This document shows positions 56,730-64,000 of a DNA stretch of 64,000 nt, in pieces. The stretch comes from Candidatus Daviesbacteria bacterium. GTDB lineage: Bacteria > Patescibacteriota > Microgenomatia > Daviesbacterales > UBA10151. Numbering within the stretch: the first letter of the stretch is position 1; each line of letters starts with the position of its first letter. The stretch is taken from the NCBI GenBank assembly GCA_028715175.1, contig JAQUSJ010000001.1, forward strand, positions 7,760 to 71,759. The letters run 5' to 3'. Made by a program: the position numbers and the translations under genes. A model generated the notes under the pieces. It worked only from the letters and a program-made list of their open reading frames with translations, had not been told where the DNA came from and made no database searches.

Positions 56730-57442
56730 TTAATAAATTTATTGTCTTAATTATTGGCGTGTTAGTAATAGCAATTATCTTCAGCTTTCTAGTGCTCACT
56801 TTTCCCAATAAAAAACCAACCCAGATTCCACCAATCCTAACCATGCCAACCCCACAACCAACAATGGATTCTCAAACATCTGTTCCAGCTCAACCCTTAG
56901 CAATTATCTCATCTTATCCGGAAAATAATACTCAAAATATCCCTCCAAATACCACTTTGAGCTTTACATTTAACAATGATATTAATGTTGATCTAATATC
57001 AGTTAAATTTAACCCTGAAGCACAATTTAATCAAACTGTTGTCACAAAATTATTATTAATAAAACCAAAAACAGAACTTAAACCCAGTACTAAATATATT
57101 GTTGAGGTCTTCGGTAAAGGTATGCCTACATCTTACTCAATTCAGTTCCAAACGGCCGCTCAGAATCCAACAGGAACTTCTCCAAACGCAGAAGGAATAA
57201 AACAAATAGACGATACCTTAAGACGAGTACAGCCTGATGCATATCTGGCTAATAAACTTCCCTTTTCAACAAGTGATTTCAGCGCCAGTTCGGCCATCAA
57301 ATCTTCAACTAATAATTTATATTTTGTAATTGTATTACAAGGACCTGATAAAACCAGTTCTAAAAACGCATTTTTAGACTGGTTAAGATCGCTTCAGTTA
57401 ACAGAAGCCCAAATCCAGGGATTGGATATTGAATACCAATGA
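56726..57442 (+). CDS. secreted Ig-like (SbsA_Ig-type) domain protein
   Basis: Signal anchor; beta-rich domain with TLSFTFNNDINVD pattern. Confidence 0.4.
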   Translation: MINKFIVLIIGVLVIAIIFSFLVLTFPNKKPTQIPPILTMPTPQPTMDSQTSVPAQPLAIISSYPENNTQNIPPNTTLSFTFNNDINVDLISVKFNPEAQFNQTVVTKLLLIKPKTELKPSTKYIVEVFGKGMPTSYSIQFQTAAQNPTGTSPNAEGIKQIDDTLRRVQPDAYLANKLPFSTSDFSASSAIKSSTNNLYFVIVLQGPDKTSSKNAFLDWLRSLQLTEAQIQGLDIEYQ

Positions 57443-57903
57443 AAAGAAAAATTCTTATAGTGGTGGCTATTACTGGAGCTGTCTTGATCCTAATTTCTCA
57501 AAAAGATTTATATTCTAAATTTATCCCTGCTGCAAGTAATGATTCTCCTCAACCGGAGCCTGTCGAACAAACTGTGTCTGTAAACGACAAGCCAACCATT
57601 GTTTCTACTAAACCGGATCCGCTGGAAGAAACTATTGTGGCTGCTACAGATACCATAGAGATTACTTTTAACAGGCCCTTGGAAAACGTGGGAGAGTTTA
57701 AAGTCAGGATCGAACCAGAAATAGACTATAAAGTTGAACTCTCAAACGATAGAAGAACAGCCAAAATAATACCCATAAAACCATACCAGCTGGGCACTAC
57801 TTATACATTATTCATCGGCACTGAAACTAAATTTGACGGAATAGGCAGATGGGGGGAAGAGAAAATCTATCATTTTAGGACCATCAAATACACTGGTGTG
57901 TAA
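57439..57903 (+). CDS. secreted Ig-like domain protein
   Basis: Signal anchor; IEITFNRPLENVGEFKVRIEP Ig-like motif; 4-nt overlap with the upstream gene. Confidence 0.4.
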   Translation: MKRKILIVVAITGAVLILISQKDLYSKFIPAASNDSPQPEPVEQTVSVNDKPTIVSTKPDPLEETIVAATDTIEITFNRPLENVGEFKVRIEPEIDYKVELSNDRRTAKIIPIKPYQLGTTYTLFIGTETKFDGIGRWGEEKIYHFRTIKYTGV

Positions 57904-57919
57904 AACAGCTCTAGAATTG

Positions 57920-59023
57920 TCAATTTAATCTTACCGGCATTACTATATATTCCAATCCCTCTACTCCTATTGGTTTAATCAAAGCAGCAGACAAAGGCCC
58001 TGAAAATTCCATCAAAACTTGAGTTGAAGGAGAGTTTGAAATGGCATCCATTAAGAATTTAGTATTAAAGGCGATCGTAAGTTCGTCCCCCTCCACATCG
58101 CCCTCAATCTCATTTTCCTGACTGCCGACTTCTTTAGTGTGAGATTCCAATTTAAGAAAACCTTTCTTTGTGGTCAAAATAACTATATTGGCCTCGTTTT
58201 TGGCAAAAATCGCCGCCAGCTTGATCGCTTTCAAGAATTCCTCTTTTGTAACCGCAGCTCTGGCAATAATTTTTTGAGGAATAATCTTGCTCCAGGCAGG
58301 AAACTGACCTTCAATCAATCTTGATGAGACCTGGGTGGAGCCTAAACTAAACACGATCTGATTCTGATTCTCGCTGGTGGCAATACCTACTTCTTCCAGA
58401 TCTTGCTCCTCTGCCATCAACCTCAATACCTCTTCAAAAGTTTTTCTCGGTATTAAACTTTTAAATTGAACGTTTCCTTTGGGTAATTCCAGCCGGCGGT
58501 GAGCAAGCCTAAAACCGTCTGTTGCCACAAAATCCAATTTATTGGCAGAGATATCTGTTAAGATACCGGTTAAAACCGGCCTACCTTCATCAACAGCCGA
58601 AGCAAACAGAATCTGGGAAGAAGTTAAAAATGCTTCTTTAGGTAAACTGATGCCTGAGGAAGAAGATAATGGAATAGCCGGAAACTCCGCCGCAGCAATA
58701 CCATTAATTGTTGCTTTGAATTTGCCTGATTCTACAGTTAAAATTTCACCTTTTAGCTCTAAGCTGATTTTGTTTTGACCAAGACCGGAAACAAGTTCAA
58801 CCAGGGTTTTGGCAGGAACTGTAATGCTGCCCGGAATTTCCACCTCAACATTTAGATACTTGATCACTCCTATCTCCAGGTTGGTAGCAGCGATCTTGAG
58901 CTTTTGCCCTTCGGCTGATAATAAAATATTGTCCAGCACAGGAAGAGTTGATCTGATCCCTATTGATCTTGCAACCGATTGCAAAAAGGGTAAAAGGTCT
59001 TGTTGTAAAACTGATAATCTCAT
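57920..59023 (-). CDS. dnaN: DNA polymerase III beta sliding clamp
   Basis: 367 aa, MRLSVLQQDLLPFLQSVARSI start and three-domain clamp architecture; downstream of dnaA on the same strand. Confidence 0.9.
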   Translation of the reverse strand: MRLSVLQQDLLPFLQSVARSIGIRSTLPVLDNILLSAEGQKLKIAATNLEIGVIKYLNVEVEIPGSITVPAKTLVELVSGLGQNKISLELKGEILTVESGKFKATINGIAAAEFPAIPLSSSSGISLPKEAFLTSSQILFASAVDEGRPVLTGILTDISANKLDFVATDGFRLAHRRLELPKGNVQFKSLIPRKTFEEVLRLMAEEQDLEEVGIATSENQNQIVFSLGSTQVSSRLIEGQFPAWSKIIPQKIIARAAVTKEEFLKAIKLAAIFAKNEANIVILTTKKGFLKLESHTKEVGSQENEIEGDVEGDELTIAFNTKFLMDAISNSPSTQVLMEFSGPLSAALIKPIGVEGLEYIVMPVRLN

Positions 59024-59026
59024 AAT

Positions 59027-59105
59027 AGTCGTCGGCTTTCGGTCTTCAGCTATCAGACTTCAAAAATTTTGTCTGACGGCTGACGTCTGATAACTGATAG
59101 CTACT
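59027..59105. repeat. dispersed imperfect-palindrome repeat element, copy B (between dnaN start and upstream gene)
   Basis: agtcgtcggctttcggtcttcagctatcagac-ttcaaaaattttg-gtctgacggctgacgtctgataactgatagct. Confidence 0.5.
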
Positions 59106-59556
59106 CGTTTCCTTTCCCGGCAGTAGTGAACTTTTGAATTTCTTCTTCTGTAACCTTAATTAAACGGAAATTAACCCGTCCGGCAGCAATTAGGTTTTTA
59201 ATGTGTTTTTCTTCGTCTGTCAAGAGGTGAGTTGTACCGGATTTAACTTCAATAAAATCGATGCGCATATTATTTTTAATACCAATAAAGTCAATTGGCC
59301 AGCCAAGAGGAATAATCCGATCATAATCGTAGCGCAGTTCGGCATAAGCCAAAAGCTCTGCCATTTTCCCTTTTTGGGGATTAATTGACCCCTGGATAGT
59401 CTGTAAAACTCGTGCAGGTAATTCCTGAACTCCTTTATACAAATCTATCAGGTCTGTTGGAATATCTGTTTTCCTACCGTGAAGCCTACCGATTAAATAA
59501 GCTATTGCTAAAAGAAGAACTAATGCGCCAATTAAGTTCCAGTTAAGGTTATCCAC
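59101..59556 (-). CDS. membrane-anchored PD-(D/E)xK-type nuclease-like protein (Hjc/NERD/Mrr-like)
   Basis: N-terminal TM helix; core PIDFIGIKNNMRIDFIEVKSG (D...ExK) followed by LTDEEKHIKNLIAAGRVNFRLIKV; 151 aa; located between dnaA and dnaN. Confidence 0.45.
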   Translation of the reverse strand: MDNLNWNLIGALVLLLAIAYLIGRLHGRKTDIPTDLIDLYKGVQELPARVLQTIQGSINPQKGKMAELLAYAELRYDYDRIIPLGWPIDFIGIKNNMRIDFIEVKSGTTHLLTDEEKHIKNLIAAGRVNFRLIKVTEEEIQKFTTAGKGNE

Positions 59557-59733
59557 AGGTATGTTCGATTATACTACATAATTTAATAAACATTAGTAGT
59601 ATTAATATGTTTGGTGGATATGTTGGTAACTAAGAAAATTGAGGCTGATTTTTGGTAAATTTTCGTGTTGGCAGGTTGTTTAGAATTAGTGGATAAGTTG
59701 TGGATAACAAAACTTTTTTGTGGAAAAGTCCTA
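59557..59733. promoter_or_regulatory. oriC candidate segment: DnaA-box cluster plus AT-rich unwinding region, 3' of dnaA
   Basis: Perfect box TGTGGATAA at 59699-59707, 8/9 box AGTGGATAA at 59688-59696 and weaker boxes (TGTGGAAAA, TGGTGGATA); AT-rich tract around 59560-59660. Confidence 0.55.
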
Positions 59734-61068
59734 TCAGGCGCTTAAGGCCTGCAACTTTTGTTTGACCTCAATCAGTATCCGTTGTATTTCTCTGTCATGG
59801 CTCACCAATTTTTTAATTTTATCCCTGCCGTGCATGACAGTGGTGTGATCTCTTTTACCCAGCAGCAATCCTATTTTTTCCACAGTTAAATTTAACTGCT
59901 CGCTTAAGATAAACATGGCGAGATGTCTTGGCAAAACCAGCTCCTTTTGTCTTTTTGCTCCAATCAAGTCCTTATGGTTTAAATTGAAATACTGACAGAC
60001 GACTTCCAGGACTTTTTTAGGCTCAATTTTAATATTTTGCCTGGAGGTGATCCTGGTTTGTAGGTGCTTACTAATGTTTTCGTTAGTGAGAGGCAGATTT
60101 TGAGCTTGAAGCAGTTGCAGTATACCGACCAACTGTCCTTCCAGCTCTCTAATGTTGGTTTCAAAAGAGGCTGCCAAAAGTTTCAGGGTTTCCTCTGTCA
60201 GGATAACTTCGTGCTCCAGACACTTTGATCTAAGGATTGCTACCCTGGTATCAAAGTCAGGCGCCTGAATATCAATCATTAATCCTCCGGCGAACCGGGA
60301 CTTAAGCCTGTCTTCAAGTTTGGCAATTTCGTGAGGGGGTCTGTCTGAGGTAAGGACTATTTGGGAGTTTTTGCCGACTAATTCGTTAAATGTATGAAAA
60401 AATTCTTCCTGTGTTCCTTCCCTGCCTGAGAAAAATTGGATATCATCAACCAGTAATACATCCGGCGAGCGGTATTTGATCCGCAAGTCCCCCATTTTGT
60501 GGGTTTGGATCGCTCCAACATAGTCGTTCATGAACCTTTCGGAAGAAGAGTAGATGATTTTGGCGTGTGCTTTTTTATCCAAAATAGCATTGCCAATACC
60601 CAGCATTAAGTGAGTTTTGCCCACACCAGTCCCTCCATAAATGAATAAAGGATTATAAGAGGTGCCCGGATTTTGGACAATGGCCTGGGCGGCGGCGTAA
60701 GCCACATTATTTGAAGGGCCGACCACATAATTTGATAAGGTATATTTGGGGTTAAGGATGCTTGTTGGAGACTGAATTGGTTTGAAAAAATCCTCCTCTG
60801 TCTGACTTTTATCCTCTATGGCAGCTTCTTTGACAATGAATTCAATATACACTTTTTTGTCCAGCAGTTTCTCAAAGGTATCCTCGATTAAAGGTAAATG
60901 TCTTTGGTTGAGCGTTTCTTTAATAAAAGCAGACGGCGCGGCTAGCGTGATCTTATTGTTGTCAATTGATTTAAGAAAGGTTTGAGAAAAAAATGTCCTG
61001 AAGTTTGCAGAACTGGTATTTGGTTTGATGATGCTTAAAAATCGATGCCACAGTCTTAAATTATCCAT
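59734..61068 (-). CDS. dnaA: chromosomal replication initiator protein DnaA
   Basis: AAA+ Walker [11 protein letters not shown], box VII, C-terminal DnaA-box-binding HTH ([13 protein letters not shown]). Start taken at [10 protein letters not shown] (ATG) rather than the upstream GTG, which lies inside a DnaA box. Confidence 0.9.
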   Translation of the reverse strand: MDNLRLWHRFLSIIKPNTSSANFRTFFSQTFLKSIDNNKITLAAPSAFIKETLNQRHLPLIEDTFEKLLDKKVYIEFIVKEAAIEDKSQTEEDFFKPIQSPTSILNPKYTLSNYVVGPSNNVAYAAAQAIVQNPGTSYNPLFIYGGTGVGKTHLMLGIGNAILDKKAHAKIIYSSSERFMNDYVGAIQTHKMGDLRIKYRSPDVLLVDDIQFFSGREGTQEEFFHTFNELVGKNSQIVLTSDRPPHEIAKLEDRLKSRFAGGLMIDIQAPDFDTRVAILRSKCLEHEVILTEETLKLLAASFETNIRELEGQLVGILQLLQAQNLPLTNENISKHLQTRITSRQNIKIEPKKVLEVVCQYFNLNHKDLIGAKRQKELVLPRHLAMFILSEQLNLTVEKIGLLLGKRDHTTVMHGRDKIKKLVSHDREIQRILIEVKQKLQALSA

Positions 61069-61179
61069 AGGAATTTTGAGGGCAGTGGAAAACTTATCCA
61101 CAATCTAATCCACAAGGTAAGTCTTGGCAATATAGAGAAACTATTAAAAAGTGTATCAAGTTATGATATACTTTCTTTT
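61069..61179. promoter_or_regulatory. dnaA-rpmH intergenic region with DnaA boxes and rpmH promoter
   Basis: Perfect TTATCCACA at 61094-61102 and 8/9 TAATCCACA at 61106-61114; -10-like GATATACT before rpmH. Confidence 0.55.
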
Positions 61180-61317
61180 ATGCCAAAGCGCACATACCAA
61201 CCTAAAAAATTGAAAAGACTCAGAAAGCACGGCTACAGAGCTAGAATTGCAACCAGTGGAGGCAGGAAAGTGCTAAAGCGAAGAAGAGCAGCCGGTAGAG
61301 CTAAACTCTCAATCTAA
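61180..61317 (+). CDS. rpmH: 50S ribosomal protein L34
   Basis: [45 protein letters not shown] (45 aa); not in the supplied ORF track because it is short. Confidence 0.9.
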   Translation: MPKRTYQPKKLKRLRKHGYRARIATSGGRKVLKRRRAAGRAKLSI

Positions 61318-61653
61318 ATGCTCCCCAAACTCAAAAGATTGAATTTAAAAAAAGATTTCAAATGGGTGGCTGCCGGGAAAAAACTGGAAACAAAATATGC
61401 GAAACTCTTTGTGAAACCAGGAGATAATCAAACCCCTAAAGTTGGGATAGCGGTTTCTTCTAAAACATTCGCAAAAGCTACCCGGCGGAACAGAGTCAGA
61501 AGACTGGTGTCTGCTGCCATAGAATCTTTGTATCCAAGTCTTCCAAATGACATAAATATAATAGCTCTTCCCAAAGCGGGGGCAATTGAGGTAAAATCAG
61601 GGGATATTCTTTTGGACCTGGAAGAAGGACTAAAGAAAGAAAGGATACTTTGA
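61318..61653 (+). CDS. rnpA: ribonuclease P protein component
   Basis: Basic 111-aa protein directly after rpmH; FAKATRRNRVRRLV motif. Confidence 0.85.
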   Translation: MLPKLKRLNLKKDFKWVAAGKKLETKYAKLFVKPGDNQTPKVGIAVSSKTFAKATRRNRVRRLVSAAIESLYPSLPNDINIIALPKAGAIEVKSGDILLDLEEGLKKERIL

Positions 61654-61672
61654 TCGGTACTATTTTAATTAT

Positions 61673-61873
61673 ATGAAGAATTTAGCAATTAACGTAATAA
61701 ATTTCTATCAAGTTTTTTTCTCTTTTGATAAAGGAATGTTAGCTGTATTTGCTCCAGGTGGAGCTTGTAAGCACGACCTCAGTTGTTCTGAATATACCAA
61801 GCAAAAAATTAAAGAATATGGGGTATTTAGGGGGAGCTGGTTTGGTTTGAAAAGAATTTGGAGGTGCAGGTGA
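61673..61873 (+). CDS. yidD: membrane protein insertion efficiency factor YidD
   Basis: Conserved Cys pattern CKHDLSCSEY in a 66-aa protein between rnpA and yidC. Confidence 0.8.
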   Translation: MKNLAINVINFYQVFFSFDKGMLAVFAPGGACKHDLSCSEYTKQKIKEYGVFRGSWFGLKRIWRCR

Positions 61874-62682
61874 ATATTGGTGATATTTTTAATTTAATTT
61901 TCTTCGGACCAATCATTAATATTTTGGTTTTGATTTTTCAGGGTCTTTCAGCCATCCATGTGCCGGGAGCATTGGGTTTTTCCATACTGATTTTGACAAT
62001 TTTGATTAGGTTATTGGTTTGGCCGTTTATGTCCTCTCAGATCAAGGCTACCAAAAAAATGGCTGATTTAAAGCCACACCTGGACGAGCTAAAACGAAAA
62101 CACAAGGAGAATAAGAAAGCTTTTGCCGAAGCGCAGATGGCGCTTTATAAAGAACACGGGATTAATCCTGCCGGCGGCTGCTTGCCTGCTTTGATACAAA
62201 TCCCGGTATTCATTGCGCTGTATCAAGCAATAATTAATATTTTACCCGGAGCAGGCGGACAAATTGATAAGATAAATTCTCTTTTATACTTTCCTCAATT
62301 GAAACTTCCAGCAGCGCTGGACCCAAATTTTCTGGGGCTTAATTTAGGCGTAAAACCTTCAGAGTTTGGCAGCCAGGGAATTTTCCTGCTTTTAATACCG
62401 GTTGTGACAGCCGGTCTAACTTTTATCCAATCTAAAATGACTTTGCCAAAACCGATTAAAAGTTACCCGTCGGATTCTCCGAAAGAATCGAAGGAAAAAG
62501 AAGGTCTGGAAGAAAGCATGGGTCAAGTACAATCCCAGATGGTTTATCTTATGCCAATTATGATTGGCTATTTTGCTTTCTCGTTCCCGGTCGGGCTTGC
62601 AATTTATTGGAATACATATACAATACTAGGGATCGTTCAGCAGCATAAGATTTCCGGCTGGGGAGGATTGAGTAAAAAATAA
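61858..62682 (+). CDS. yidC: membrane protein insertase YidC (short form)
   Basis: Five TM helices, PFMSSQIKATKKM...LYKEHGINP core typical of YidC/Oxa1. Confidence 0.85.
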   Translation: MEVQVNIGDIFNLIFFGPIINILVLIFQGLSAIHVPGALGFSILILTILIRLLVWPFMSSQIKATKKMADLKPHLDELKRKHKENKKAFAEAQMALYKEHGINPAGGCLPALIQIPVFIALYQAIINILPGAGGQIDKINSLLYFPQLKLPAALDPNFLGLNLGVKPSEFGSQGIFLLLIPVVTAGLTFIQSKMTLPKPIKSYPSDSPKESKEKEGLEESMGQVQSQMVYLMPIMIGYFAFSFPVGLAIYWNTYTILGIVQQHKISGWGGLSKK

Positions 62683-62685
62683 TTT

Positions 62686-63153
62686 ATGGAAGAACAACTA
62701 GGTGAAGTACTGGATAATTTATTAGGGATGCTTCTTTTGGAAGGGAGTTATGAGATAGAGGAAATGGATGAAAATTTTTTGGTAAGCATTGAAACAAAAG
62801 ACGCAGGAAGACTTATCGGTGCAAGAGGAGAATCTTTAGATGCTTTGCAGCTGCTGGTTAACCAGATGGTTGCCAGAAGAGTCGGGGAAGGTTCGCCGGC
62901 CGGCGAATTTAAGAGAGTTGTTACAGATGTTATGGGTTGGAGGAAACAAAGAGAGAGCGAGCTGAAGGTAAGTGCAGAAAGCTGGGGTAAGCAGGTTTTG
63001 GAAAGTAAGAAACCCCTGGATCTTGAACCGATGGTTCCCTGGCAGCGCAGAATTGTACATATGGCAATTTCAGAAATGAAGGGTCTTTCCTCCGAGAGTA
63101 TCGGCGAGGGCCGCGATAGACATATTGTGATAAAGCCTGTTGTTAAGAGCTAG
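62686..63153 (+). CDS. khpB: Jag/KhpB-family RNA-binding protein (KH plus R3H domains)
   Basis: C-terminal R3H RRIVHMAISEMKGLSSESIGEG; position after yidC. Confidence 0.75.
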   Translation: MEEQLGEVLDNLLGMLLLEGSYEIEEMDENFLVSIETKDAGRLIGARGESLDALQLLVNQMVARRVGEGSPAGEFKRVVTDVMGWRKQRESELKVSAESWGKQVLESKKPLDLEPMVPWQRRIVHMAISEMKGLSSESIGEGRDRHIVIKPVVKS

Positions 63154-63188
63154 CTACTGCCTTCGCTATCTTTAAATGTTATTCAAGC

Positions 63189-64000
63189 TTGAAAAGATCT
63201 TATTTTTTTTAACTGTACTTTTTCTTCCAACCCAACTTGGTTTACATTTCTGGCCGGAATTTAGTTATGTTTATTCCTTAAAAATTGATTATCTGTCCCC
63301 AACACTGTATTTCTGGGATATTTTAGCAACAGGACTTTTGATAGTTTGGGCGCTGCGCAAACCTATATTTAACAAAATTGCCCTAAATTTATTCCTGCTC
63401 TTTTTGTTTAGTCAAGCGCTGTCCCTTTTTGGCGCATCAAATATCGGAGCCGGTTTAGTTAGGCTTGAACAATATACGATAGCCGGTTTTTTTGGGGTTT
63501 ATTTGGCAAGTTACAAATTACAAGTTATAAGTAACAAGTTGTATTGGCCACTGATCCTGGCAGTTTTATTTGAAGCAATTTTGGCTACTTTGCAGTTTGT
63601 CAAAGGAGGAACTTTGGGGCTTTGGATTTTAGGGGAAAGGACATTTTCTATCTCCACTCCCGCAATTGCCAAATTTGATTTTTATGGCAGACAGTTTTTG
63701 CGGCCTTATGCCACTTTTCCCCACCCGAATGTTTTGGCGGGGTTTATGTTGATTGTTATTGCTATTTTGTCATTCCGCCGAAAGGTGGTTAATTGGATTC
63801 CTGCATTCGCAGGAATGACAATCCTCCTAGCAGTTTCGCGGGCAGCTATTCTGGCAGGTTTTGGGCTTGGGCTTATACTCCTAAATAGAAAGTGGAAAAT
63901 TATACTAATTTTGGTTGGACTATTTTTATCCCCGATTCTTTTTACAAGATTTTCCAGTATTTTTAATTTTGATAATTTAACGCTGCTTAGGCGTGAGGAA
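63189..64000 (+). CDS. polytopic membrane protein, O-antigen ligase/Wzy_C-like (partial, runs off the window)
   Basis: Open frame from TTG at 63189 to the window end with at least 8 TM helices and an LLAVSRAAILAG-type motif. Confidence 0.4.

Overview
This 64 kb window is AT-rich bacterial chromosome, probably from a small-genome, CPR/Patescibacteria-like lineage (inference from small proteins, a group I intron in a tRNA, a split VirB4, and a 23S-IVS-type four-helix-bundle protein). It spans the replication origin. dnaN and dnaA lie on the minus strand and rpmH-rnpA-yidD-yidC-jag on the plus strand, with DnaA-box clusters on both sides of dnaA. The window holds eight tRNA genes, including four Ser isoacceptors and a tRNA-Asn interrupted by a 190-nt group I intron, plus a tmRNA gene close to smpB. 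Housekeeping genes present are trxB, rpoD, dnaG, a P1B metal ATPase, SOD, an MFS transporter, tlyA, a NUDIX hydrolase and comF. The most interesting loci are the following. First, a two-gene class III nucleotidyl cyclase plus multi-TM protein pair at 926-2398 that resembles Pycsar/cyclic-nucleotide defence systems. Second, a large Gram-positive-type type IV secretion/conjugation-like locus at about 39.5-57.9 kb, with an array of six VirB2-like 2-TM pilin-like paralogs, a VirB6-like polytopic protein, an opposite-strand 1456-aa giant protein, PrgI/VirB3-like, a split VirB4 and a PrgK-like CHAP hydrolase, sitting directly beside oriC; a VirD4-like ATPase lies at 5.2-7.5 kb. Third, free-standing GIY-YIG and HNH nuclease genes each adjacent to a stable-RNA gene. 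Fourth, a dispersed family of roughly 80-bp imperfect palindromic repeats. Fifth, a PD-(D/E)xK nuclease gene and a repeat element inserted between dnaA and dnaN.
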